From contig OZ024749.1 of assembly GCA_964016885.1 (NCBI GenBank), positions 50,840,001 through 50,904,000 of the forward strand: a DNA stretch of 64,000 nucleotides, in the 5' to 3' direction. Shown here piece by piece: positions 1-16,323 of the stretch. The DNA comes from Eledone cirrhosa. Lineage: Eukaryota. A program made the translations under genes and the position numbers. The notes under the pieces were generated by a model. It did no database searches. It was not told the origin of the DNA and saw only the letters and a list, made by a program, of their open reading frames with translations. Each line of letters begins with the position of its first letter. Position 1 is the stretch's first letter.

Positions 1-1099
1 ATTTCCATTTGCAAATAGATCAGATTCAATGTGTGTATCTGACACCTGATAGTTGCTGTTTGGAAGTTGGTAAAATGAAAAAGCAATTTGTTGATGAGAT
101 GTGTACATGGTATGATACGTCATAATGCCTTCACGTTTATTGTTATTATTACTATTGTTGTTACTATTATAGAAATAAGTATTATTATTTTAATTATTTT
201 AATTATTTCTACGAAAATTGCATACACGTTTATACGTCTACACTTGTTGCAACTATGTACTCTAGTGGTTTGTTTTGCATTGCATTACATCTTGTGTTAT
301 TGCGGATGTTATTTAAGTATTGTTTGGTTTGAACGTAGTATATATAACGTGATAAACGTGGTGAATTAGCAGAGACATTAGAACACTGGAGAGAAAGATA
401 TGCGTTATATGTTCCTAGCTATCATACTGTCTTTCTTTCTAGTGATAAATATCGAATGTGAGTAGGAGATTGGCTCTACCTTAATTAAAATCCGATTTCA
501 CGCCGTGTAATCACTACGGCAGCTCTACATCTCTTACATGTAACGTGAGTTGTGGTATATTAGGTAATCTTTATGTAGGATGTGTGCTGTTTGTAGAGAT
601 AGTTATATTCGAATTGTGCTAGTGAATGGTTAACACCTGGCGCATATTTGGAATAATGGCTGGAGACTTCGCAGAGAAAATCATTTCGCAGTATTGTTTC
701 ATACTTTTTAAATTATTGGTTCATATCCCATCGAAGCGAACGTTGCCTTTCATCTGTTTTGGTTCTATAAATTATAGTTCAAGTCAAGTATCGGGGTTGA
801 TATAATCGATCATATCCTTCGTTCAAAGGAATGGCCCTGTGTCTTAATTAGAAAAAGTTATGACTTGTTAAATCGTGTTTATGCATTATATCGCTCTGTA
901 GGTTTGTTGCTTCTTTATCTAATTTGATAATATTTTTTATATGATATTGTTGCTGAACGGGTTCATGTTTTAATTTACTGAAGATAGAACAAAAATTCCC
1001 TTCAACTTCTTGATGGATTTTCTTTTCTTTTATATTCACCATACTCTTTCATGTATTAGAGTATACGTTGCCCATTCATTTCCTAAATATTATGCATTA

Positions 1100-1192
1100 A
1101 TTACCTTTCATCCTTACGGGGTAGATACAATAAAGTACCAGTAACATACTGAGATAATTACTGGCCTTGTGCCAAAAGTCGAAACAATTAAT
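1100..1192 (+). mobile_element. SINE 3' half
   Basis: cctttcatccttacggggtagatacaataaagtaccag..ggccttgtgccaaaag. Confidence 0.85.
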
Positions 1193-4100
1193 TACCTAAA
1201 TAGAGCAGTACATATCTAATTGTAATGGATTTCTTTTTTCTGATGTGTGTGCAAGTTGTAGCTATTATTCTTTGCATTCCCATAACAATTCAGTTAACAA
1301 ACAATTTTGAATATACTAATTATTACGTGCATCTGAAATATATGCTACATTAAGATTACTAGTTTTATATTATTAATTAGACCACCTTTATATATTACAG
1401 AATAAACTTTTGTATATTAAACATGCGCTAGATAGAAAAGATAGATTGGAGAAAAAATCTATCTAATATCGTAATTCTAAGTCATAAACGCTGATTACTA
1501 TTACAAACTACATTTAGCTAAATTATATAATAAATTATTTCCCGTGAGAGAAAAGTGTCAAAATCATATCATCAAACCATATACTGATTTAATTAATTTA
1601 TCTTCTCTCATAGATCACCGTTTTCTCTCATTTTCTTTCAGTGCCTGATTGTTAGAATGCTATAAGTGTTTTTGTTAAATACCTCTATTTTAAAGTTTGT
1701 AAGTTGTTACAGTTAGACCCAGTAATCATTTAATTGAATTCTCCTACGATTAAATGTATCTAATATATAACGACCCTGTTTTGTATGATGGATTCACTGT
1801 TGAGAGTAGCTATTTCTCGTATAGGCCAGAATCACTGAGAGTGATTTTGGTTGACGCTAGTCAGTCGTAGCGATTAATGCAAGGTGACGGTGGAAAGTAG
1901 CAGCAAACATGAGCCCGGAATATATAGATATTATCGGAAAACTACGAGAATTATAACAAGGAATAAAAGTGGCGCACAACGAAAATGCTAGCTTGCATAG
2001 TGGGAAATGCAATATTTAGAAGTTGATTGAACTCGCAAATGCATGGAGATGTTGGATGAAGTTAGCAACTGGCATATTGTCAGTTACTACCTGCACTCTT
2101 CCAGCTCAAATGAGCGCTTATTGGAAAATCATCCCAAGCATAATGTAGGTGCTTAAAGCATCGTATGTATGTTGATAGATTGGAGGTAAATCAGGCCATC
2201 AACGAACAAAACAGGTTCGAATTTCTAACCAAGGTTATGGACAATATGTAAAATTCCCTTGCGTGACAGCGATGTGTGTGTGCTTAATAGTTCGGATCTA
2301 CTGAAGTCTGCAGCAATCTACTCTGTGAGACATGCGTACTGAAGGTCAAAACCGTTCCGCAAGGGATTGGTTCTGTCTATGCATTGACAGTTCGTTATAG
2401 ACAGCTAATGAAGTTCAGTTAGAAATATCAGTCGTAGAGTATGTATTGCAACTAAAGTTTCATAGTAATATTTCAAACATTATTAAAAGTTAATATTTTT
2501 TAAATATTATAAGCAATTATTTAAAGATACTCTATGGGTAATAAGCCCCTGAATCAGGTTAATATATTTTGAAAAAAGACGTGATTTCAAAGTAATGATA
2601 TTATTTCGTAATATGCTTTATTAATTTTCGTCTTACCTACTAACCCTGAGTGCAGCTTATTATATAAAAGTATTTTCTGTGAGAAATAACGTGTATCTAA
2701 GAGGATAATTGCTTTATTGCATATTAGATTAAAACCTGTTTCATATTATCGACTATGTTAGCGTTTGTTTAATATAGTTCTATGAAATTTTACTGCCATA
2801 CTAAAACTAATTATTTTTGTTTCGATGAAAGTTAGGTACTTGTAGTAAAATGAAAACAAAGATACCTACTTACAATTTTAGATATTGTAAAATGCATTAC
2901 ATGAAGCTGCTTAATATAAATTGATTTGTATGTAAAAGTATTTACTCTGGAAAATAGGTCGCTTCAACACTTATAATCCCTCATATAGCAATTTGCAGGC
3001 GAAGCTGTCATTAATGTCTTAAATGCTCAACGAATGAGTGATTATTAAATAATGCTAATGTTCACATCCAATAAAATACTCACCAATGTCACAGAGATAA
3101 GACTATGTTTGATTCATATTATAATTATTCAAAAGAAAGTGAAATAAACTTATCTCATCTATACCCCGAATATACTAATGAAATTTACATTAAAAGTCAG
3201 CCGGCCTTCAATTTCCACTCAATCATCTCCGTCTTGTATTTTCAGTGTTGCGTCTGCTTGAATTCTCAATATTGATTGTTGGAATCTAAAGACATACTGG
3301 AAAAAGCTATTTTCATTCCACGCATTCTTGCAATATTGGCATCGTGTCCACGTGATTTCCTTTTCAGTCTAATTATTCATAGACTTTGGGAAAAATGCCA
3401 ATTAGAGATTTATATGGACGAAAAATCATGAATGATAGTAATTGTTAGCATATAAAACCCCCGCAGTTTTCATATTATCACAAACATAACAAATAGAATA
3501 ACAACGATGAACAAGTTACAAAATATAATACGAATATTAGGAATAAATGAACGTATGGAAATAATGTGAGGAGAATTTTAAAAGTTTGAATAATTCAAAT
3601 ACATATTTGTACTTTTGCTTCTGTTTTTGTTCTTAGCCCACATTAAACAAACCTATGATTTAAAGCGTTACAGTCGTAAAAACTCCATCAATTATGTTAA
3701 AGGCAATGGATAAACATTTTCTAATCTTCCGTATAGATTTGAGGCGATAATCTTTGAAGTCAGGGTAATGTAATTACAAAGTCTCGCGTATAGACTGTAT
3801 ACGGGTAATGTCTTTCCAATAATTTTAAAGGGATATACTCCTAACTTTTATCTATATTTTCCTGATTTAGAGTTGTGTTCAATAGTCGTGTAAATCAGTT
3901 CGCTTCTCATTTATTCTCATATATGTCTTGTGAAAAACCAGGAAATATTCAGAAAGGCAGTGTGGTATCTAACTCTACAATGGAATAGTGCCTGTTGGTA
4001 AAACTATTGCGACATTTTTAGGAGATGGCAAATATGACACATAAAAGCATTAATAAGCCAAACAATTGATATGGACAGAACAAAATAGCATGGTATGATG

Positions 4101-4860
4101 GACTATGCCAAAACAATTGCATGCAGTTAGCAAATACATGAACTAGTTATTTTAGCTAAAATGACAGTTAAAAACATAACTTGTGATATAGATGCCTTCC
4201 TGCTGCGCATGAGAAAAATAAGCCGAACATGTAACTTTAAGAAGAGAAACTGAAAAGCCTTCAACTCACCATTCGGTCTTTTTATATTTCATGGCAGCAA
4301 CTGACGTTGTAAAGAAAATAACTATTTTCCCAATTATGCGCCGTTTTTGCTGTATTAAATTACAAACAAAACACCACCACCGAACTTTGGTAGTATATAG
4401 ATAGTCTGAGCATTGACTCAACAATAATAACAATGAAACGAAACTACCTACAGAAAGAATGAATTGTATAGCCCAAACAGTTCCCTAAGTTTTGCCCCGA
4501 AAACAGGTTAAGCAGTAAGTGTAAATAACACGTGGAATACCCACATTATTTCAATATATATCAGAGTTTGGTAGGAACATTTAAACAGTATTGTTTGGAA
4601 ATATTCGGTAAGCAGATAAATAAAACCTGAATAGCAAATATGGTAAAGGTTAACATTATAGGGACATTAGATGGGGGGAATGTGGTGTAACACTTTTGTG
4701 CCTAACATTCTAACATTGTATTCAGGACCAATAAATGAAGTCCCTGTGGGTATTTCCAGTAAATAAAGGTTTCTGTTAAAGACTAAGTCTTGTGTAAAAT
4801 GTAGAGAGTTACATGTATATATATATATAAAGAATGAATAATATATATATATATATATAC

Positions 4861-4916
<56 letters not shown>

Positions 4917-4947
4917 TATATATACACATATATATATAAATATATAT

Positions 4948-4990
<43 letters not shown>

Positions 4991-5155
4991 TTAGGAATTA
5001 CCAATTAGACTAGAAAGACCATACCCTCCTCATTACTCGATACGTAGAAACATGCAGTGTGTATTTACTCACCATTGAAACGGCGTGAGCTCAGTCGTAG
5101 GGCAGAACTTTTTTAATATTTATATACACACACACACATCTCTCTCTCTCTCTCT

Positions 5156-5186
<31 letters not shown>

Positions 5187-5191
<5 letters not shown>

Positions 5192-5401
5192 AATAATAAA
5201 TTTGAAGACTATAATCCAAAGAGGGCTGGATAAGGATAAATATATATCAAATATATAAGAACCGTAGAGCAAATATTTATTAAAATAAGAGATTAAAGTG
5301 TAAGCAAAGAATCGCTGCTTTCACCCTTAAGGGGATCTTCTGAAGATCCCGTTAAGGGTGAAAGCAGCGATTCTTTGCTTAAACTTTAATCTGTTATTTT
5401 A

Positions 5402-5409
<8 letters not shown>
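5187..5409 (-). mobile_element. Family A fold-back HHR element in (TA)n
   Basis: Hairpin 5273-5409 centred on 5341. The + strand reads CTGAAGA tccc gttaa ggg t GAAA gca..tgc TT aaact. Homologous to 11567-11893 and 44437-44550. Confidence 0.8.
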
Positions 5410-5440
<31 letters not shown>

Positions 5441-6025
5441 AAGGGAGTGGTTTGAGATATGCGAATGTAACGTGAGTGCCTGTGTGAACATAAAACCTCC
5501 ATTTCTTTATGTCCAATGGCATAAAATAATCATGTGTGGATGTATAGGAATAAACCATTGAACTGAAATCTTCAATTTGACGAAATCTAAACAAAATCTA
5601 TTCTACGGCCTTTCATCTAATGTCATCTAATGCCTAAGTGGTAGGAAATGCAATGGTACTCATGAATAACAAGTTATTACACATATTACTCATAAAATTC
5701 TTCACTATTCTTGGAAATTCCTTTCAAATATCACTTATCACAATTTATCCCTGAACATTAAGAAAAAGCTATATACATATATATACATATTTTTATATAT
5801 GTACGTATGTATATATATATATTTTTTTGTTATATTACCAGTTCTAATTCCTACCGATCGGATTCCTCTCGTACCATCTCTCTCTCTCTCTCTCTCTGTA
5901 TTTCTTTTTCTCTCTCTCTCTCTATTTCTCCTTCTCTCTATTTGTCTGTCTGTCTGTTTATTTGTTTAATCTAACTATTTATTTACCTATCTTTTTCTCA
6001 ATGTTATCAGCAATCTATATATCCA

Positions 6026-6058
<33 letters not shown>

Positions 6059-6125
6059 CCCATGTCTTTCTCTCTCTATATATATCTCTCTCTCTCTCTA
6101 TCTCTCTCTCTCTCTCTCTCTCTGA

Positions 6126-6158
<33 letters not shown>

Positions 6159-6164
6159 ACATTA

Positions 6165-6690
6165 AGCATGTGTTTGTGTCTGTGTATTACCTATAGGGGC
6201 CTAAATCTTACGACCGATTTTCATGAAACTTTACAGGCTCATAGATTCGTCACCGGGGAGTGTTTTCCATATATCAGTGTATCGTTCTTTTATTTTGGGG
6301 TCATTCTGCAGGTAAAAATGACCTTTTTTTAGCTATTGAAAAATATGATTTTGGCTCTAGCTCCCACATTGTCCCAACGATTTCGTTCAAATTTTAAACC
6401 AAAATAGAATGTATCATTCCACATCCTGTAATGGCGTTATATTTTGCATTTATTATCCAGGGACGGCGTGGCAGCCGTTTAAATATTCAAAAATACCACT
6501 TTTAGACTTACATTTCCACTTTTTCGGTTATAGCTCCCACATTAATCAACCTACTAGATCTGATTATTTTACATCTTAAAGTGGCTTTACATTTTGGATT
6601 CTTGTTCAGGAATGGCATGGCAGCCGCTTAAATATTCGAAAATACCACCTTTTCGCTCAAATTTCCGCGATACACGAAGAAGCGCACTTT
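6165..6690 (+). mobile_element. Possible non-autonomous Helitron/Helentron-like element with internal direct repeats
   Basis: Microsatellite followed by the ccgattttcatgaaactt motif; duplicated units tagctcccacatt and tggcagccg.ttaaatattc.aaaataccac.ttt at ~6360-6503 and ~6530-6653. Confidence 0.4.
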
Positions 6691-7666
6691 AATATAATAT
6701 TATATAAACCGGTATTTGTGAGTGCCTGTGTGTTTGTGCGTATATGTATGCGTGTATTCGTATCTATACTTATTCAACACCAATATACACCACTCATCTC
6801 AAAATTTTGTTTGTGAGTAAACCCACTTCTTTCATCTCTTTATTGAAATATATTTCACTCACTGTACCCCTAATATACACTACAATTATAAGTACAACCG
6901 GCATCACTTATATACACCTACACATCTGAGCTTGCCATGGGCCTTATCTCTCATGTCTAAATCCTTTCAAAAGTAAGAAATATATACAATGACAATAGTG
7001 ACATTTTCTCATGTGTATCGTCAAATCATTCTGATAAACAATGAAATATCATTTAAAAACATTAATTAATATAAAAAGAAATACCACAGAATAAAATGAA
7101 CATACATTGGACTTATAGTTATTGTAATGAAGAGCTTACTTCCAGAATCCACCTGGTTTAAAATTATACAAAAATATATATTTATGACACGAAAACAGTA
7201 TTATCTAGGATTATGTACGAATGGATTAAATCCATAAAATTGAAAATGTTATATATATCATATGCATTTATACGACCGACATGTTATAATATTTTTACTG
7301 TATGAAAAACAGTAGACATAACAATTAAGGAAACGATTAAGGAATCCTCTGCAAGGATTATATTCATAAACATAAATTAACTAATAACATTATGTTAGAT
7401 TTGTCTAAATACATTAATATCAAAACTACAATCTAGGATTTCAATGTGTATGTATAAAAGCTATCATAAAGTAGAATTAAATTGTATTTGAGATGAAGTC
7501 AGATATTTCTTCTGCACATATATATACAACAATATTTTTGAATTCTAGATTCTAATTAATCCACTATTTTAAAGTGTTATGATAACGTTCGATTGCCATT
7601 CAAGATACAGATCAACGTTCTAAAAATTACTTTAGATTCAGTAATAAATAAAATTACATTATTTAC

Positions 7667-7746
7667 TTTACGGGGTCGATAATATAAAGTACCAGTAATG
7701 TACTGGATATTTGCTGGCCTTGTGCCTAAAGTAGAAACAATTATTT
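7667..7746 (+). mobile_element. SINE 3' fragment
   Basis: ttacggggtcgataatataaagtaccagtaatgtactgg..ggccttgtgcc. Confidence 0.8.
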
Positions 7747-8499
7747 ACTTTCACAATATTCCCGATTGTCTCTCTCTGAGCATCCACATGCAAATTGTGT
7801 ATTCTACAAATATTTTCTTTTAATATTAGAATATAAATATCATGATATATACATAGTTCTGCTTAACGTATCTTGATTTCGGAGAATAAATATCTCGATC
7901 TTCATTACTTGTTTTCGTTATACATCCAATATTTGCATAAGATCTACAGTATGATATTTTCATCCACTTATTACATATAAGCTGCGTTTATATAAGTATG
8001 TACTTGACATTTATATTTAAAAACACATAACGTTTACATTCAGTATTTGCGGGGATATAAAGAGAGAACCAATAGATTGAAACATGGTGGAATTCCATCA
8101 ACAGAAATGTAATCGACGTCTTATGAGACTATTATTACTTAACACTTAAACTAATCTAACGTGCTGATTGTATATATTGCATATACGTCATGCTTCTAAG
8201 AGAGCATGACACATAAGCAATATTTACAATAAGCACGTTAGATTTATTTAAGTGTTAAATAATAATAGTCTCATAAGCCGTCGATTACATTTAGGCGAAT
8301 AGAATATTCGTTTTATAAAAATATCCTGTTGAACCAAGCTTTACCATGACAACACTAAACAATTAACTGTTCATATGCGTAAGCCCATACATACAGGTTT
8401 ACCTTCACACTCACAGGGTATTTTGAGGATCCCGTGAATGCGCAGGTGAACTCCAGGTTAATAAGTCTGTTCTTAGCCATAATACATAGATACATACAT

Positions 8500-8760
8500 G
8501 ATGGCTGCCGACTCGTTACCGAGTATGGCCATTTCACGATATACCATTTTTAGTAATTACTAATTAATTCTATCGTACAATGCCTGTGCGTGAAGATATG
8601 TTTTAAAGTGAGGAAAGCCTGTGCACTGAGCCAATCCCACTCTCTGAGCGACAGCAGCTATAACCCGAAAATAAGAACATATCAACATCATCAGTAAATA
8701 CTGAGCCGCAGCTTTTATATCGGAGTTATCCCAGTTTCCTGAGTTACCTTCTCCTTGAAG
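8500..8760 (-). mobile_element. Diverged relative of the 19960-20567 repeat
   Basis: Shared blocks as above; abuts the large (TA)n tract. Confidence 0.5.
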
Positions 8761-8764
8761 TATG

Positions 8765-10039
<1,275 letters not shown>

Positions 10040-10040
<1 letters not shown>

Positions 10041-10545
10041 ACATCCGAAGAGGGCTCGATAACGATATATATATCAACATATATAAAACGATAGAGCAAA
10101 TATTCATATATAGAGACTTCGGAGCAATTATTTAGTGATTTTTAACATACTTGACCTCCTTTTCAACACAAGAGACATATGGAAACATATGTATATATTG
10201 ACCCACAGTGGGTTGACATCCATTATAATAATATAGCATGGTAATTTACATACACAGATTACAGTCACATTAAAGGACAAAATTAAAGTTAAAATTAAAA
10301 TTAAAATTAAAATAAAACATTGGCAGTCTACTAATTGTAAGCAGATAAATGATTTAAACAGAACTTTGTTTCATGTAAACTCTATATAACTGCTCTGTAA
10401 AACGACTGATGTTGTTACATTGAGCTATTTATCTTACTGGTAATAAGATAGAAATAAATTACTGTCTTTCACTATTTAGGGTATAATATATATATAACTA
10501 TAAAAGGTTTTAGTATATACATAACCATAAATAGTATCCTTAATA
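10040..10545. mobile_element. Diverged family A/G-related element between (TA)n tracts
   Basis: The start resembles the family A tail (gagggctcgataacgatatatatatcaa..tagagcaaatatt). aaaacgactgatgtt..ttgagctatttt..cttactggtaataag is shared with 21625-21675. Confidence 0.6.
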
Positions 10546-10649
10546 CTATATATATGTATATATGTATAATGTATATATACATGTATGTATATATATCTAT
10601 ACATGCTATATATATATATGTATATATATATATATGTATATATATGTAT

Positions 10650-10737
<88 letters not shown>

Positions 10738-10781
10738 ATATATATATATGTGTATGTATATATGTGTATGTATATACGTAC

Positions 10782-10817
<36 letters not shown>

Positions 10818-11069
10818 GTGTGTGCGTGTATGAGTGTGGGTCTTGTGTTTATGTGTATTTGTGTTTTAAAAAATGTGTGATACGCATGGTTTACTAAGAG
10901 CCTTATTCATTGCACATATCTCCCATTTACAAATGGCTTTTATCAACTATTTACTGAACTATAAATGTATCTCACACACTCGTAGTTCACATCAAACAAA
11001 TAGCTAGAACAGAAACAATTGAAATGTTTACACACCCTGTATGACATAACAAAACTCAAATATATCCAG

Positions 11070-11177
<108 letters not shown>

Positions 11178-11566
11178 TCAGGTTTAATTTTGAGTATATA
11201 TAAATATTAGATTATCTGAATGGTATGTGTAATTATTTGAACTAACCTTTCTTCTAAGTGATATAATATATAGAATGTAAGACTGAACAGAAAGTTTTGA
11301 TACCATCAAACAACCAATTGTTAAACATTGGAACATGAAAGCAATTATATTATGCATGAGACAATTGATAATTTGGTTAGACTTGGTGCATGACCAATAT
11401 ACCTGACTTATTCAACAAAAGTCAACCTAGATGGAAACATATATGTGACGTGTATATTATATTCCACTGAATGGATTGTAAGTATTGCATAAGAATCAAA
11501 TTGCATTGTTTTCTTTATGTAGGATTTATTTTCATTTGTATGTATGTATGTATATATATATATATA

Positions 11567-11885
11567 GTAATAATAATAAATGTGAACACCAAAATCCAAA
11601 GATGCCTCGATAAGGATAAATATATATCAAATATATAAGAACCATAGAGCAAATATTTATTAAAATAACAGATTAAAGTTTAAGCAAAGAATCGCTGCTT
11701 TCACCCTTAACGGGATCTTCTGAAACTAACAAAGTCAATCTGTAAATGCAGAAGTGCATATTTCAAAAAACGTTGCAACGTTTTTTGAAATATCCACTTC
11801 TGCATTTACAGATTGACTTTGTTAGTTTCAGAAGATCCCGTTAAGGGTGAAAGCAGCGATTCTTTGCTTAAACCCTAATCTGTTA

Positions 11886-11893
<8 letters not shown>
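11567..11893 (-). mobile_element. Family A fold-back HHR element in (TA)n
   Basis: 118-bp arms 11658-11893 centred on CGTTGCAACG. Each arm has agttt-CAGAAGA-stem II-GAAA-stem III; the stem I partner is aaact in the left arm and aaacc in the right arm. Confidence 0.85.
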
Positions 11894-11925
<32 letters not shown>

Positions 11926-11927
<2 letters not shown>

Positions 11928-12077
11928 CGAGGACAATCCCAAATGTAAGGTCTCCAAATCGATTGGGACGCTGCGAAAGTGTTCGTACGGCTTTTGGCAA
12001 CACTGTGGTGATTGGTGCTTCGGTAACGAGTGGGCAGTCATCATGTATGTATGACCTTAATTTTGGGATTGCCTATA
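11926..12077. mobile_element. Tc1/mariner-type MITE (~150 bp)
   Basis: Imperfect TIRs TAcgaggacaatcccaaatgtaaggtc / gaccttaattttgggattgcctaTA. Confidence 0.65.
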
Positions 12078-12130
12078 CAGACACGCATATACACACACAT
12101 ACATGCACACACACATACATGCACACACAT

Positions 12131-12201
<71 letters not shown>

Positions 12202-12250
12202 CGTGTATATATATATATATACGTATATATATATACCTATACGTGTATAC

Positions 12251-12482
<232 letters not shown>

Positions 12483-12502
12483 TATATATACATATATACA
12501 TA

Positions 12503-12540
<38 letters not shown>

Positions 12541-12551
12541 TACGTATATAC

Positions 12552-12582
<31 letters not shown>

Positions 12583-12639
12583 CATATATACTTATATACA
12601 TATATATATATATACATATATACTTATATACATATATAT

Positions 12640-12799
<160 letters not shown>

Positions 12800-14943
12800 T
12801 AAATTAACATTTTTTCCTGCCTCAATATGTCTCCACTTCCAGGAAATCTACAATTGCTCTCCTCCTCTCTCACTTTCTCTCTTACACACTCTCTTTGTCT
12901 TTCTGTATACCCTGTACAAAAGTTTGCTGAACGGATCGTAGACTGAATAGATCAGGAATTGACGCAGTTTATCTCATGGAATGACCAAACGTAGTCATTA
13001 CAAAGAAACAATGCAGAGTCCTTGGAAAGAAACAATAAGAATAATTGAAATTAATGTATGCATTTCTCAGGTCTAATATCGCTCATGTATAATCAGTCTA
13101 TGGACTTTTACGCCAATCCTCGCATATATGTTATGCATGTGTGTATACATATATTTGTACGTGTGCATGAACGTGTGTTTGCATGTGCAGGCATAACAGC
13201 CATAGATTCAACTATCTCAAATTAACACATAAAATAAATTTTCATTCAGCCATCATTTCTCATATATTTGCTATGTATTTATGTTAATGGTGTATTTCTA
13301 TCATTAGTGAAATCGGTTTTATTACTTTGCTAATAAGTTGTCTCCCTGTAAATTTGTATTTAAAACTATAAAATACACAATATTAATATACTGCATAAAA
13401 TACGACAATAATTTGGAACAAATATGTGTAAAACTAGCGATCCTTAACTTAAGAAATAAGGGAGACATCCCGAAATTTCGATTACTAAATACTAATTAAA
13501 AATAATATGCAATAGGGAGATGGGTATTTTGCACTCCAATGTCTGGTATAACTTTAATGAAGACTTCAGATTAAAAGATAGCCGTATTGGAGTTTGTAAA
13601 TGAACATTGGTTGGCAGTCTATATTTCATGAATGCCTGGGTAAATATCTAGGATGGCTGTTTATTGACGCCTTAAGTTAATGACACTTTATGAATTGAGT
13701 TCTATGCAGAAGGTGCCCCTGGGGACATTTTGAATTTATTCATTCATTAGCTACTCAGTTTCACACTATTGGTTCAACCACCACTGATATCAGGAATGAT
13801 TTTTCCTTACAACTTGTTAGATAAATAACATGATATAACAGAGTTATTTTACACCATGCTATGCGACGAGGATATATATTACGGTGTAAAGAGTAAAAAC
13901 AAAAAATAATCCTTTTACATTGTGAACAATTGTAATTATTTTTCTCACTTTCGTGACATAAATATATAGTTAAATTTACTTGAATTTCTGGTGGGCAATG
14001 TCTGACACCACACGAAATAAATATAGTGTGACAGCAGGAGATTGTGTAAGGTTTATAAACAGTGAGAATGGTTATTCCACGATGTAATTCCTTCAGTGGC
14101 AACGCAGGTTCTTAGTTAATGTCAAGTTAAAAGAAAAAGATAAAAACAAAACCCCATCACCTCTAAAGTAATTTGACAAGAGTGTACTAATATTGCTATA
14201 CTACATTTAAATCGGCTTGAACACCTTTGATATCTAACAATTGTTATTTATGTGAGGACCTATGAATCTCTCATGCGAGAAAGAATAGTGAGAAGGAATC
14301 ACGCTATATATGCTAGAAAAAGAGTGAAATGTCTTATCAACAGGTGAGTATAAACAGCTGTGTATATTCGCAGCTCTGAACCCCTAAAAATAAAACTAAT
14401 AATATAGGAATCAGAGCAATCATTCCAGTGTTTACATAGTTTAAAATATATTCCTTGTGTAATTCACAATAACCTTATGCAATTGGATATTTAGTGTATA
14501 TTGTAAACATCTTATACTTATTCTATTTCTATTATCGATTCAAATTGTACATACACGATCTCGAACACAGCCCATCAGACGGTATTCAATTTTCTTTCTG
14601 AATGATGTATATCACTATATAGGTACCCCCCCCCTCCCCCCCACAAAAAACCAAAGAGAGAACATTGATATTTTTCTCTATTTATTTACCATAATAATGA
14701 CAATGATACTTATAAAATTTCCCCCAGCAATGTTGAAGAATTTGATGCTCTCATTTTGAAATAAAGCAATCAAATTGAATGTAGATTCATACAGAGCGAT
14801 ATCTAATTTAAAAGGTCACAAGAAGTCCAAGAATTATTTACATGTAAACAAAAAACATGCGCAAACATACGCACACTTACACACACTCACACACATACAT
14901 GCATATATATATATATATATATTCATACATTCATACATGCATA

Positions 14944-14976
<33 letters not shown>

Positions 14977-15480
14977 TTATGTGCATGAAATAAGTACGCA
15001 CAACGTTTTTATTCCACGTACATTACCACTGTAACATTTGTTTATTACCTTATATTCTTTTGTCAATTTATATCCATTCACATGCTATGTATATTTTGAA
15101 ATGAATATTAATTGGACTTTTCCCGAAACCTTACACACAAATATTTATACCAATGGGCGCAAGCATCAATACAAATAGACTTATAAAAACCCATTCGAAT
15201 TTCACGCTCACATCCACACGTATATATCTACATCCACATATACACTCATATAACGTAAAATTGTTTTATTTTATGTTAAATATATAGATCTAAAACATGA
15301 ATTTGGAAATGCATTTTGCTTTCTGCTGATAGGACGATAAGGTAAGTATGATTTAAGAAAGAGTATATTGAGTGTCATTCAAAAAATATTCTTTCAGCAA
15401 AAAGTTTTGTATTTTCTTCAAAGTTGGTTTGTATTTTGATAGTTAAACTGTTAGTCCGTTAGTATTATTTGTATTCCCCA

Positions 15481-15670
15481 GCGGTGAATTGGCAGTATTG
15501 GTAGAGGGTCGGATTATGCTTTCCAGCATAGCTACGCCACTTTACAATCTGAGTTCGATTCCCGCCGAGGTTAACTTTGCCTTTCATCCTTACGGGGTCG
15601 ATAAAATAAAGTACCAGTAATGTACTGGTTTAATTGCTGGCATTGTGCCAAAAAGTAGAAACAATTATTT
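15481..15670 (+). mobile_element. tRNA-derived SINE, full length
   Basis: A-box-like ttggcagtattgg, B-box gagttcgattccc, core tttgcctttcatccttacggggtcgataaaataaagtaccag, (att)n tail. Imperfect TSD attatttgtatt(cc/ac)..cag. Confidence 0.9.
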
Positions 15671-16041
15671 GTATTACTCAGCCATACCTTCTGTAATTTC
15701 GTTAAAGGTTTTTGTACTCTGTAGTCAAAGCTCTTCTATTAAGCCAGCCTAGTCTTCATCCTTACCGTGACACTGCATCCACCTCACCACTCACTTTCCC
15801 TCTTTATATTCGTCCACCAGACACTTTTAGTTACCAGTAAAATGTTTAACATAGTGAAGAGCACACCAAACTTTCCGCATGTTATACTGACATTATTCAA
15901 TCAATTTCTACACACTGCGTTGATTACAGATTAAACACACACACACACACACATACGCAGATCCAGAGGCACTCACTTACAGACACGTTAATAATCTACA
16001 CCATCCCACTCTTGCGCCCACATTCACATATACACGCACAC

Positions 16042-16082
<41 letters not shown>

Positions 16083-16099
16083 AATATATATATGTTATA

Positions 16100-16131
<32 letters not shown>

Positions 16132-16132
16132 A

Positions 16133-16219
<87 letters not shown>

Positions 16220-16289
16220 ACATATATATATATTATATATATATATACATATATATATATATTATATATATATATTTACATATATATAC

Positions 16290-16323
<34 letters not shown>

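Noticed and set aside
15481-15570. tRNA genes at SINE heads
   Set aside because: Only A/B boxes, no cloverleaf, and joined to the SINE body.
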